Below, piece by piece: positions 1 through 9,082 of a stretch of DNA of 64,000 bases. Source of the stretch: Candidatus Aminicenantes bacterium (GTDB lineage Bacteria; Acidobacteriota; Aminicenantia; Aminicenantales; Saccharicenantaceae). A model generated the notes under the pieces. That model had not been told where the DNA came from and did not search any database. It was given only the letters and a program-made list of their open reading frames with translations. Made by a program: the position numbers and the translations under genes. The stretch spans positions 422,978-486,977 of the forward strand of contig CAVUOW010000004.1 of assembly GCA_963743205.1 (NCBI GenBank), written 5' to 3'. Position 1 is the first letter of the stretch; each line of letters begins with the position of its first letter.

Positions 1-1032
1 GATCGGGCCATCTACATCCTCAGGCTCATGGCCATCGAAGCCACGTTCAGCGAGCGCGAGCTCGCCGCGGTCCGGCGCACGGCCTACTGGCAGCTCTATG
101 AGAGCAAGAAGGATCCCGAAGTCCTCGGCTGGCGACAGCTCCTCAGCGTCCTGTTTGCGGATCATCCCTACCGGGTCGCGACCTACAGCGAGGACGTCAT
201 CAAATTCATCACCACCCGGGACGTCTCCGAATTCTACGGCCGTTACTACCGTCCGGGGAACGCGGCCGTCCTCGTCTCGGGAAACATCGACGGGGCGGCC
301 ATCGCTCAGAAGGTCGGCAGTCTCTTCGGCGCCTGGACCGGTCCGGCCCCGGAGCGGGTGCCCCTTCCGCCCCCCCCGCCGAACGGCAAGGAACGGGTCT
401 GCTTTGTCGAAGCTCCCGAAGCCGCGGCGGCCACGGTCTTCGCCGGGAATGTGATCATGGGCTCTTCCGGCCAGGACTTCTACCCCTTCCTGGTGCTCAA
501 GCAGATCCTGGGCGGGACGACCCGCAGCCGCCTGTTCATGAACCTGCGCGAGACCAAGGGCTATGCCACGTACGCCTTCACCGAGATGGAGGTCTTCGGA
601 TCCTGCGGGATCTATTGGGCCCGGGCCCTGGTCGAGCCCGCGTCCATCGTCCCGGCCATCCACGAGATCGTCGGCGAGATCGGCGCCCTGGCCTCCGGTC
701 CGGCGGTCCCCTCCGAGATCGAGGAGGCCAAATCGTACCTCGTCGGGAGCCTGCCCCTCCGGTTCGAATCATCTGCGGGATTCGCCGAGTGGATGGCGCG
801 CTACGTCGCGCTCCGCCTCGACCCGGGCCAATGGGACAAGGGGCCGGAGGAGATCAAGCTCGTCAACGCCGAACGGGTCCGGGAAGCCGCCCGAAGATAC
901 CTTTCGGCAAGGCCGGTCGTGGTCGTCGTCGGGCGGCCGGAGTGGCTCAGCCAGTACCTCAACGATCTCGGCGCGGTTGAGGTCTATGACAGCGGCGGGC
1001 AGCTCAAGCCCATCAAAGGAGAAGGAAGATGA
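1..1032 (+). CDS. M16 (insulinase/pitrilysin) family peptidase subunit, 5' partial
   Basis: Frame is open from base 1. Motifs HPYR, FYGRYYRPGNAAVLVSG and ILGG..SRLFMNLRETKGY are typical of M16. Stop overlaps the next ATG (ATGA). Confidence 0.85.
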   Translation, partial: DRAIYILRLMAIEATFSERELAAVRRTAYWQLYESKKDPEVLGWRQLLSVLFADHPYRVATYSEDVIKFITTRDVSEFYGRYYRPGNAAVLVSGNIDGAAIAQKVGSLFGAWTGPAPERVPLPPPPPNGKERVCFVEAPEAAAATVFAGNVIMGSSGQDFYPFLVLKQILGGTTRSRLFMNLRETKGYATYAFTEMEVFGSCGIYWARALVEPASIVPAIHEIVGEIGALASGPAVPSEIEEAKSYLVGSLPLRFESSAGFAEWMARYVALRLDPGQWDKGPEEIKLVNAERVREAARRYLSARPVVVVVGRPEWLSQYLNDLGAVEVYDSGGQLKPIKGEGR

Positions 1033-2714
1033 AGCTCGTCGAATGCGTGCCGAATTTCAGCGAAGGCCGGGATCTGGACAAGATCCGGTCCATCACCCGT
1101 GAGATCGAAGCCGTGCCGGGCGTCAAGCTCCTGGACGTCGACCCCGGGGCCTCGACGAACCGGACCGTTGTGACCTTTGTCGGCCCGCCCGAGGCGGCGG
1201 CGGAGGCGGCCTTCCGGGCCATCGCCAAAGCCGCCGAGGTCATCGACATGCGCGCGCACAAGGGCGCCCACCCCCGCATGGGCGCGACGGACGTCTGCCC
1301 CTTCGTCCCCGTCTCGGGGGTGACCATGGAGGACTGCGTCCGGCTGGCCGCCGACCTTGGCCGGAGGGTGGCCGGCGAGCTGGCCATCCCCGTCTATCTC
1401 TACGAGGCCGCGGCCCGCCGTCCCGAGCGGCGGAACCTGGCCACCGTGAGGGCCGGCGAATACGAAGGCCTTCCTGAGAAGCTCAAGAGCCCGCGCGGGG
1501 CGCCCGATTTCGGCGAGGCCGTCTTCAACGCCAAGTCCGGAGCGACGATCATCGGGGCCCGCGAATTCCTCATCGCCTACAACATCAACCTCAACACCCG
1601 CGACCGCAAGCTCGCCCACGAGATCGCCCTGAGCCTCCGGGAGAGCGGCCGGGCCAAGCGCGATAAAAATGGCGACGTGATCAAGGACGTCCAGGGCAAT
1701 ACGGTCAAGGTCCCCGGGAAATTTAAAGAGGTCAAGTCAGTCGGCTGGTATGTCGAGGATTATGGGGTGGCGCAGATCTCGGTCAATTTCACCGACTACA
1801 AGAAGACGCCGGTCCATGTCGTTTTCGACGAGGCCGTCCGGCTCGCCGGCAAGCTCGGCTTGCGCGTCACCGGGAGCGAGCTTGTCGGCCTTATCCCCAA
1901 AGAGGCGCTCCTCATGGCCGGCCGCTACTACCTCGAAAAGCAGGGCAAGAGCCCCGGCGTCCCCGAGGCGGAGCTCATCCGGATGGCCGTCCGGTCCCTC
2001 GGGCTGTCCGACGTCGTGCCGTTCGAGCCGGAAAAGAAGATCATCGAGTACCAGGTCCGCGAGCCCGGGCCCGCTCTGGCCGGCATGACCCTCCGCGGCT
2101 TCACCGATGAGCTGTCGATGGATTCCCCGGCTCCGGGCGGCGGGAGCGTCGCGGCGCTCTGCGGCGCCCTATCGGCGGGCCTGTCGGCCATGGTCGCCAA
2201 CCTGACCGTCGGCAAGAAGGGCTACGAGGCCGTCTGCGGCGAGATGGTCGCCACGGCCGTCGAGGCGCAGGCGCTCAAGGACTTTCTCCTCGACGCGGTC
2301 GACCGCGACACCACGGCCTTCAACAAGGTCATGGAGGCCTTCCGCCTGCCCAAGACGACTCCCGAACAGGCCCGGGAAAAGGACCGGGCCATCGAGGAGG
2401 CGAACAAGGAGGCGACCCTCGTGCCTCTCGAAGTCCTCGAAAAAGCCGTCGACGCGGTCGGCCTGGCCCGGATCGCGGCGGCCAAGGGGAACAAGAATTC
2501 CCTGAGCGACGCCGGAGTCGCCGGCCTTGCCGCCCAGGCGGCGGGCGAAGGGGCTTATGATAACGTCCTCATCAACATCGGCGGGATCAAAGACGCGAAA
2601 TTCGTGGACCAGGTGAAGCGCCGCGCGTCGGCGGCCAGGAAGACCCTCGACAAGGAAGGGAAGGCCGTCCGCGAGATCGTCGCCAAGGTCTTGGCCGGGC
2701 CGAAAACGGACTGA
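1029..2714 (+). CDS. ftcD: Bifunctional glutamate formiminotransferase / formiminotetrahydrofolate cyclodeaminase
   Basis: MKLVECVPNFSEGR N-terminus and HPRMGATDVCPF; C-terminal cyclodeaminase motif PAPGGGSVAA. Confidence 0.95.
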   Translation: MKLVECVPNFSEGRDLDKIRSITREIEAVPGVKLLDVDPGASTNRTVVTFVGPPEAAAEAAFRAIAKAAEVIDMRAHKGAHPRMGATDVCPFVPVSGVTMEDCVRLAADLGRRVAGELAIPVYLYEAAARRPERRNLATVRAGEYEGLPEKLKSPRGAPDFGEAVFNAKSGATIIGAREFLIAYNINLNTRDRKLAHEIALSLRESGRAKRDKNGDVIKDVQGNTVKVPGKFKEVKSVGWYVEDYGVAQISVNFTDYKKTPVHVVFDEAVRLAGKLGLRVTGSELVGLIPKEALLMAGRYYLEKQGKSPGVPEAELIRMAVRSLGLSDVVPFEPEKKIIEYQVREPGPALAGMTLRGFTDELSMDSPAPGGGSVAALCGALSAGLSAMVANLTVGKKGYEAVCGEMVATAVEAQALKDFLLDAVDRDTTAFNKVMEAFRLPKTTPEQAREKDRAIEEANKEATLVPLEVLEKAVDAVGLARIAAAKGNKNSLSDAGVAGLAAQAAGEGAYDNVLINIGGIKDAKFVDQVKRRASAARKTLDKEGKAVREIVAKVLAGPKTD

Positions 2715-2716
2715 GA

Positions 2717-3538
2717 TCAGTCCCCGGCCGGCGGCAGGCCCCGTCCTCTCTTCAGCACGAAGAGCGCCCCGAAGCCGAAGAAACACAGGATGACGATCGC
2801 CGCCGAAGCGGGGATGTTGACGGCGATCGAAAGGGCCAGGCCGCCCGCCACCGCGGCGACGGCGATGGCCGCCGAAGCCAGCACGGCCGTCCGGAAGTTT
2901 CGCGCGACCTGCAATCCGGCGGCCGCCGGAATGACGATCAGGGCGGCCACAAGCAGGATCCCCGCGACCTTCATCCCCAGGACGATGGTGACGGCCGTGA
3001 GCACCATCAACAGGGTATCCAAGCGCCCGACCTTGATCCCGGCCGCCCGCGCCGATTCGCGGTCGAAGGTCATGAACAGGAGCTTGTCGTAGTTCAGCCA
3101 AACCGTTATGAGGACGGCGACGGCCAATCCGGTCGACAGCCAGACCTCGAGCGGCTCGATGGCCAGGATGTCCCCGAAAAGATAGGACATCAGCTCGACG
3201 TTGAAGCTCCGGGCCAGGGAAGCCAGGAGGATGCCGACGGCCATGCCCAGGCTGCTGAAGATGCCGATGGCCGTATCGCCGTGGAGGCCGGCCCGGCCTT
3301 TGAGCTTGACGATCGCCAAAGCGCTCGCGACGGCCACGGCCAGGGCCGCGGCGAGCGGCAGGACGTTCAGGAAGAGCCCCAGCGCGACGCCGGCAAAGGC
3401 GATGTGGGACAGGCCGTGACCGATCATCGCGTCCTTGCGCAGGATGAGGAAGACGCCCAGAACGGCGCAGGCAATCGCGATGAGGATGCCGGCGAGAAAA
3501 GCCCGTTGGAGAAAGCCGTAGGCGAAGAGCGCATTCAT
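2717..3538 (-). CDS. Zn/Mn ABC transporter permease (ZnuB-like)
   Basis: Hydrophobic protein with GHGLSHIAFAG and YLFGDILA motifs; last gene of the SBP-ATPase-permease operon. Confidence 0.92.
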   Translation of the reverse strand: MNALFAYGFLQRAFLAGILIAIACAVLGVFLILRKDAMIGHGLSHIAFAGVALGLFLNVLPLAAALAVAVASALAIVKLKGRAGLHGDTAIGIFSSLGMAVGILLASLARSFNVELMSYLFGDILAIEPLEVWLSTGLAVAVLITVWLNYDKLLFMTFDRESARAAGIKVGRLDTLLMVLTAVTIVLGMKVAGILLVAALIVIPAAAGLQVARNFRTAVLASAAIAVAAVAGGLALSIAVNIPASAAIVILCFFGFGALFVLKRGRGLPPAGD

Positions 3539-3545
3539 CGGTGCG

Positions 3546-4289
3546 TCAGTGCTCGTGCGAGATCAGATGGTCGCCGTGGCCGATCATGTCCCGGAACGCG
3601 TCCGACCGGCAGAAGCCCGCATGGTCGCCGTGATAGATCAGCTTCTGGTTGAGACAGGCGACGCGGTTGACGTGCTTGTTGACGACGCCGATATCATGGG
3701 TGACCAGGACGATGGTCAAGCCCTCGCTCCGGTTCAAGCGGTCGAGCATGTCGTAAAAGGCGGTCTGCGTCTCGGCGTCGACCCCGGTCGTCGGCTCGTC
3801 GAGGAAGATGACCCGGGGGGACGTGACGAGAGCCCGGGCGATGAAGACGCGCTGCTGTTGGCCGCCGGAAAGCCGGCCGATCGGCTCCCGGCCGAACTCG
3901 GCCATGCCGACGACTTCGAGCGCCCGGCGCACCCTGGCCCGGGCCTCCCGGCCCTTGGCGCTCCCCTTCCGGCGGCTGGACATGAGGGCCATGCCGACGA
4001 CCTCGTCGACCGAGGCGGGGAAGAACGGGTCGATATGGGTCGCTTTCTGGGGGACATAGCCGATCTTGTCCCAATTTGAAAATTGCGCCGGGGGCTTGCC
4101 GAAGATCTCGACCCGGCCCGCCGTGGGGCGGAGGAGGCCAAGAATGATCTTGACCAGCGTCGTTTTGCCCGACCCGTTGGGCCCGATAATGGCCAGGAAA
4201 TCGCCCTCTTCGATGACGAGATCGATGTCGACCAGGACGGGCGTTCCGTCATAGGCAAAAGAGACGTTCCGGAGAACGACAAGGCTCAT
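3546..4289 (-). CDS. Zn/Mn ABC transporter ATP-binding protein (ZnuC-like)
   Basis: Walker [25 protein letters not shown], His-rich C-terminus; ATG at 4289 chosen as start. Confidence 0.93.
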   Translation of the reverse strand: MSLVVLRNVSFAYDGTPVLVDIDLVIEEGDFLAIIGPNGSGKTTLVKIILGLLRPTAGRVEIFGKPPAQFSNWDKIGYVPQKATHIDPFFPASVDEVVGMALMSSRRKGSAKGREARARVRRALEVVGMAEFGREPIGRLSGGQQQRVFIARALVTSPRVIFLDEPTTGVDAETQTAFYDMLDRLNRSEGLTIVLVTHDIGVVNKHVNRVACLNQKLIYHGDHAGFCRSDAFRDMIGHGDHLISHEH

Positions 4290-4293
4290 GGTC

Positions 4294-5211
4294 TCACCGG
4301 CACCCAAGCCCGTCTTTAAGGGCGGCCAAGTTCCCTTCCATGAGCTCGAAGAAGCCGACTCCTTTGGCCTGCTGATCGCGAGTGAGATTATGGCCGGCCT
4401 GGAGGGCCAGGACGCGGCCCCCGATCTCCCGGGCCAGTGTTCTGGAGAGGTCGGGCGGGACGGAATTCTCGAAAAAGATCGTCTTGATGCCTTTGCGCCG
4501 GCAGAAATCGACGGCCTTCATGAGGTCTCTCGGCTTCGGCTGGGCGTCCGGGCTGAGCCCATAAAGGGCGGTCTGGACGAGGCCGTATCGGCGGGCCAGA
4601 TACCCGAAAGCGCCATGGCCGGCCAGGACGATATCCTTGCCGCGGCAGCCGGCCAGGCCGGCCAGGAATTCGGCGTCCAGCTTCTTCAGGCGGTCGTTCA
4701 ACCGTCCGGCGTTCGCAGTGAACTCGGGACCGCCGGCGGGATCGAGCCGGGTGAGCTCGGCCGCGATCCGATCGACGATGTGCTGGTCGAGGGCAAAATC
4801 GAGCCAGACGTGAGGATCGAGTGTGCCATGGGCGTGTTCCCGGCCGGGTTCCTCGTCTTCATCGGCGCCAGCGACGGCCAGGCCCGCCGCCGCCTCGAGC
4901 GTCCGGATGCGTCCCGGGGGAAAAGCCTTGAGCATGTCGGGGAGCCACGGCTCGAGGCCGGAGCCGATGTAAACAAGGAGATCGCATGCGGAAAGCCGGA
5001 CGATGTCTTCGGGCCGGGGCTGCCAGGTGTGGACCCCGGCACCCGGCGGGAGCAGCAGCGTCGTCTCCCCCCGCTCTCCGGCCACCGCTGCGGCGAATTC
5101 CCGGAGCGGAAAGACCGTGGCCATGATGCGGATCTTCCCCGGACGCGGGGCCGCACCAAGGGTCCCGGCGGCCAGGCAAAGCGTGATAAGGGATCGTGCC
5201 AAGGCTCTCAT
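4294..5211 (-). CDS. Zn/Mn ABC transporter substrate-binding protein (ZnuA/AdcA-like)
   Basis: Signal peptide, VHTWQP, acidic/His loop followed by DPHVWLD; ATG at 5211 follows a TATAAT. Confidence 0.9.
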   Translation of the reverse strand: MRALARSLITLCLAAGTLGAAPRPGKIRIMATVFPLREFAAAVAGERGETTLLLPPGAGVHTWQPRPEDIVRLSACDLLVYIGSGLEPWLPDMLKAFPPGRIRTLEAAAGLAVAGADEDEEPGREHAHGTLDPHVWLDFALDQHIVDRIAAELTRLDPAGGPEFTANAGRLNDRLKKLDAEFLAGLAGCRGKDIVLAGHGAFGYLARRYGLVQTALYGLSPDAQPKPRDLMKAVDFCRRKGIKTIFFENSVPPDLSRTLAREIGGRVLALQAGHNLTRDQQAKGVGFFELMEGNLAALKDGLGCR

Positions 5212-5303
5212 CGCCTCGATTATACCCCTGGAGGACGGCTTGAATCCATCGGATATTTGTGGCATCATGCGGGTCTCGGCAACCCGTCCCAAAGGAGAAC
5301 AAC

Positions 5304-6758
5304 ATGGCTTCGTCTCTCAACGAGCTCAATCCCCGGCTTCTCTGGAAGCATTTCGCCAAGATCCTGACCATTCCCCACTGCTCGGGCAGCGAAAAGGCCC
5401 TTGGGGACTATGTCCTATCGGTCGCCGCTTCGCTCGGCCTCCCCGGCAAGCGCGACAAGGTCGGCAACGTCCTCGTCAGCAAGCCGGCCACCGCCGGACG
5501 CCAAGGGGCCGTCGGCGCCATCCTGCAGGGCCATCTGGACATGGTCTGCGAGAAGAACTCCGACAAGGTCCATGACTTCTGCAAGGACCCGATCCAGCCC
5601 GAGATCAAGGGCGACTGGGTCTATGCCCAGGGCACGACGCTCGGGGCAGACAACGGCATCGGCCTGGCTTCGGCCCTGGCCGTCATGGAGGACAAGACCC
5701 TTGTCCACGGCCCTCTCGAGTTCCTCTTCACGGTCGACGAAGAGACCGGCCTGACCGGGGCCAACAAGATCCAGAAGGGCTTCCTTAAGGGCAAGATGCT
5801 GCTCAACCTTGACAGCGAGGACGAGGGCATCTTTACCATCGGCTGCGCCGGAGGGGCTGATTCGACCCTGGTCCTGCCGCTCGAACGGAAAAAGGCGGCC
5901 TCGAAGAACCTCTACAAGCTCCACGTCCACGGTCTCCGCGGCGGCCATTCCGGTATCGACATCAACCAGGGCCGCGGCAACGCCATCAAGCTCCTGGCCC
6001 GCGCACTCGACCAGGCGCAGGCGACAGCCAAGTTCGAGGTCGTCAGCATCGAGGGCGGCAGCAAGCATAACGCCATTCCCCGAGAGGCCGTCGCCGTGCT
6101 GGCTTGCCCGCCCCTCCAGGTCCGGTCGCTGACCACGGCGATCACGAAGGCGTTCGACAAGATCAAGATCGAGTACAAGGCTGTTGAGCCCGGCGCGGCC
6201 TTCACGATGGGAGCGGCGGCCGGCAAGGATTTCGCCCTGACCCAGGACTGCCAGCACACGCTGATCGATTTCCTCATGACCATCCCGCACGGCGTCATCG
6301 CCATGCACCCCGAGATCGCCGGCCTGGTCGAGACTTCGACCAACCTGGCCATCGTTAAGACCGGCAAGAAGGAGTTCACCGTCCTTTGCAGCACGCGGAG
6401 CTCGGTCGCCTCGGCCCTCGCGGCCACCCGCGATGTCATCAAGTCCGTTTGCGCCCTGGCCGGCGCGAAGGCCGGGTTCGACAACGGCTACCCCGGCTGG
6501 ATGCCCAACCTCGACTCCCCTCTTCTCAAGAAGCTGAAAGAGCTCTACGTCAAGACCTTCGGCAAGGAAGCCGAGGTCGTGGCCATCCACGCCGGCCTCG
6601 AGTGCGGCATCATCGGCGAGAAGTTCCCCGGGATGGATATGATCTCGTTCGGGCCGACCATGAAGAATCCGCACTCGCCCGAAGAGCACGTCCACATCGG
6701 GTCGGTCGAGAAGTTCTGGAAGTTCCTGACGGCGGTCATCGACGGCCTGTCGGCCTAA
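5304..6758 (+). CDS. pepD: Aminoacyl-histidine dipeptidase (M20C)
   Basis: LQGHLDMVCEK, TTLGADNGIG, DEETG, LDSED, IHAGLECG, HSPEE; AAGGAG SD before ATG 5304. Confidence 0.95.
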   Translation: MASSLNELNPRLLWKHFAKILTIPHCSGSEKALGDYVLSVAASLGLPGKRDKVGNVLVSKPATAGRQGAVGAILQGHLDMVCEKNSDKVHDFCKDPIQPEIKGDWVYAQGTTLGADNGIGLASALAVMEDKTLVHGPLEFLFTVDEETGLTGANKIQKGFLKGKMLLNLDSEDEGIFTIGCAGGADSTLVLPLERKKAASKNLYKLHVHGLRGGHSGIDINQGRGNAIKLLARALDQAQATAKFEVVSIEGGSKHNAIPREAVAVLACPPLQVRSLTTAITKAFDKIKIEYKAVEPGAAFTMGAAAGKDFALTQDCQHTLIDFLMTIPHGVIAMHPEIAGLVETSTNLAIVKTGKKEFTVLCSTRSSVASALAATRDVIKSVCALAGAKAGFDNGYPGWMPNLDSPLLKKLKELYVKTFGKEAEVVAIHAGLECGIIGEKFPGMDMISFGPTMKNPHSPEEHVHIGSVEKFWKFLTAVIDGLSA

Positions 6759-6797
6759 AACGAGGAGCATCCTCCTCTTATCGTCGGAGCAGCGAAC

Positions 6798-7265
6798 GTG
6801 AAGAGACGAAGGTTTCTTGCCGCATTGGGGCTCGCGGGCGCTTTCGCGTCCCGGGCCTTCGCCGGCATCGGAAGGAGCAAGAGTATGAAGAAGCAGGTCC
6901 AGACCGACAAGGCGCCGAAGGCCATCGGCCCCTATTCCCAAGGCATCATCGCCAACGGCTTCGTTTTCTGTTCGGGTCAGATCCCCATCGACCCGGCCAC
7001 AGGCGATCTGAACACGGGCACGATCGAGGACCAGACCCGCCAGGTCCTCAAGAACGTCGGGGCCGTCCTCGAAGCGGCCGGCTCGTCCTACGACGACGTC
7101 GTCAAGACGACGGTCTTCCTGAGCGACATGAACGATTTCGCCAAGATGAACGCGGTTTATGCCGAGTTCTTCAAGGTCCCGAACCCGGCCCGGGCCGCGG
7201 TCCAGGTGGCCCGGCTGCCGCGCGACGTCAAGGTGGAGATCGAGGCGATCGCGCTCGTCAAATAG
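6798..7265 (+). CDS. ridA: RidA (YjgF/YER057c/UK114) family enamine deaminase with Tat-like N-terminal extension; alternative start at 6885
   Basis: [31 protein letters not shown] motifs. Confidence 0.92.
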   Translation: MKRRRFLAALGLAGAFASRAFAGIGRSKSMKKQVQTDKAPKAIGPYSQGIIANGFVFCSGQIPIDPATGDLNTGTIEDQTRQVLKNVGAVLEAAGSSYDDVVKTTVFLSDMNDFAKMNAVYAEFFKVPNPARAAVQVARLPRDVKVEIEAIALVK

Positions 7266-7300
7266 ACGCTTCGGTCCGGTTCCTGTAAACTGGCTATGTT

Positions 7301-7519
7301 ATGCCGTTATATGAATTCGCGTGTCAGAAGTGCGGCAAGAGGTTCGAAAGCCTCGTGACCGCAGGCAAAGAGAAGGACGTTGTCTGCGCCGAGTGCGGGT
7401 CGGGCGACGTCCGGAAGATGATCTCGTGTTTCGGCATCGGCGGCGGCTCCAGCCGCATCAAAGCCTCCTCTTCGAGCTGCCACAGCTGCTCGAGCAAGTC
7501 CTGCAGCACCTGCCATTAG
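7301..7519 (+). CDS. FmdB-family zinc-ribbon protein
   Basis: MPLYEFACQKCG...CAECGS plus a Cys/Ser-rich tail. Confidence 0.88.
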   Translation: MPLYEFACQKCGKRFESLVTAGKEKDVVCAECGSGDVRKMISCFGIGGGSSRIKASSSSCHSCSSKSCSTCH

Positions 7520-7545
7520 GCCGACCTTCGCAATCCCCCCGCGGT

Positions 7546-7574
7546 TTGAATCCGGACCCCCTTTCGTCTATAGT
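7546..7574 (+). promoter_or_regulatory. Putative sigma70 promoter for the GT2 gene
   Basis: TTGAAT-17 bp-TATAGT. Confidence 0.5.
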
Positions 7575-7608
7575 GCGGCTATCTGTTCTGTACGGACTCG
7601 AGGTGGGA

Positions 7609-8838
7609 GTGAGAGGCGATCTCATAGGGGGTTTCGCCGCCTTGGCCGGGACGGTCGTGACCCTGGCCGTAGTCATGGGCTTTTTCGCCAGGTCCCGGGG
7701 GCTCAAGGCCTGTCGGGAATTTCGGGGGCTGCCGCCATTCGCAGACCTTGCGGACTATCCCTTTGTGACGATCGTCGTCCCGGCCCGTAACGCGGCGTCC
7801 CACATCGGCGCTTGTCTCGAATCGCTCCTGGCCTTGGATTACCCCCGCTTCGAGATCATCGTGGTCGACGACTGTTCGACGGACCGCACGGTCGAGACAG
7901 CCCGCGCGGTCGCCGCCCGATGCGGAGCCGGTATCGATATCCGTATCTCCCTGCTTGGCGACGAACCGGCCGAAGAAGGCGTTGATTGGGTTTGGGGCAA
8001 GTCCAGGGCTTTATGGCTCGGCGCTGGGTTGGCCCGGGGGGAATGGCTTCTGTTCGTCGACTCCGATACGCGAGTGAAACAGGACACCCTGAGGCGGGCC
8101 CTGGGCTTCATCCAACGCCATGACTTGGAAGCGTTGTCCATGACCGGCGTCAGCATCATCCCCGGCATTTGGGGGGAGGTCCTCGAGGCCGTGATCTACC
8201 CGGCCATCTTTCTCGCTTTCCCCTGGCGGCTGATCAACGAACCCGGCTCCCCGGCCGCTTGGATGAACGGCCAGTTCATACTTTTCAAGCGACAAACGTA
8301 CTTTGCGGTCGGTGGGCACCGCGCCGTCGCCGGTTTCGTCGGCGAAGATACCGCTCTGGCGGTCCACTCGAAAGCGAACGGCGTGCGCGCCACCTTCCTG
8401 CCCGTGACCTCGGCCTATGAGAGCTACGACTTCGGCGGCCTCGGCGAGACATTTCGAGGCTGGACCCGCCGTCTCGCTTCGGCGGGGGCAAGTCTCAGGC
8501 TCGGCTTTCGCTCCTATATCCTCGAGGCCAGTGCCCTTTTCCTCGTCGGGGTCTGGCCGGTCCTGGCGACGGCGATCTCGTTCCTCGGCCCCTTCGGGAA
8601 CAAGCCGATCTTAGGCTTGAGCCTCAGGGTGTGGTCATTGGCCCAACTCGGCCTGGTCATCCTCTTTCAGGCGATCCTCCGGGCCGAGATGAAAAAGACC
8701 CCATGGCCGGCTGTTCTTGCGCCCGCGGGGGCGGTCCTGGGTATCGGGCTGGTTGCCGCGGCGTACCGGGCGCGCTTTATCACCAAAACGGTCGAGTGCC
8801 GGGGCCGGCAGCTCCCCATCGAACACGATGTCCATTAG
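7609..8838 (+). CDS. Membrane-bound family 2 glycosyltransferase (CrtQ/HpnB-like)
   Basis: IVVPARN, VDDCSTD, WLLFVDSD, NGQFILF, GED motifs; N- and C-terminal TM helices; GTG start after GAGGTGG is inferred. Confidence 0.82.
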   Translation: MRGDLIGGFAALAGTVVTLAVVMGFFARSRGLKACREFRGLPPFADLADYPFVTIVVPARNAASHIGACLESLLALDYPRFEIIVVDDCSTDRTVETARAVAARCGAGIDIRISLLGDEPAEEGVDWVWGKSRALWLGAGLARGEWLLFVDSDTRVKQDTLRRALGFIQRHDLEALSMTGVSIIPGIWGEVLEAVIYPAIFLAFPWRLINEPGSPAAWMNGQFILFKRQTYFAVGGHRAVAGFVGEDTALAVHSKANGVRATFLPVTSAYESYDFGGLGETFRGWTRRLASAGASLRLGFRSYILEASALFLVGVWPVLATAISFLGPFGNKPILGLSLRVWSLAQLGLVILFQAILRAEMKKTPWPAVLAPAGAVLGIGLVAAAYRARFITKTVECRGRQLPIEHDVH

Positions 8839-9061
8839 GTACTTCGATCGGCGCCGGTTTCTCAACGACCTCGCTCATGCCGACCTGGGTCAAGTCACGG
8901 CCAAGCCGGTCTTCATCCTCGGACTCCACCGCTCTGGTACGACGTTCCTCTATCAGATGCTCGCCGGGTCCTTCGATGTCGCCATCCTCACCGCCTCACA
9001 CCTGTCACTAAGAGACCCCTGCTCCCCGGACTTCGCCAGCTTGACTTGGCTCCCGCGTTAA
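8828..9061 (+). pseudogene. Truncated sulfotransferase (N-terminal PAPS-binding loop only)
   Basis: PVFILGLHRSGTTFL 5'-PSB motif; the ORF stops after about 77 aa. Confidence 0.7.
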
Positions 9062-9082
9062 CTGTCTAATACCTCCTCGACC

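Noticed and set aside
7535-7560. GGTTTGAATCC resembling a tRNA T-loop or att remnant before the GT2 gene
   Set aside because: The stem pairing is poor and there is no acceptor or CCA match; TTGAAT is better explained as a -35 box.
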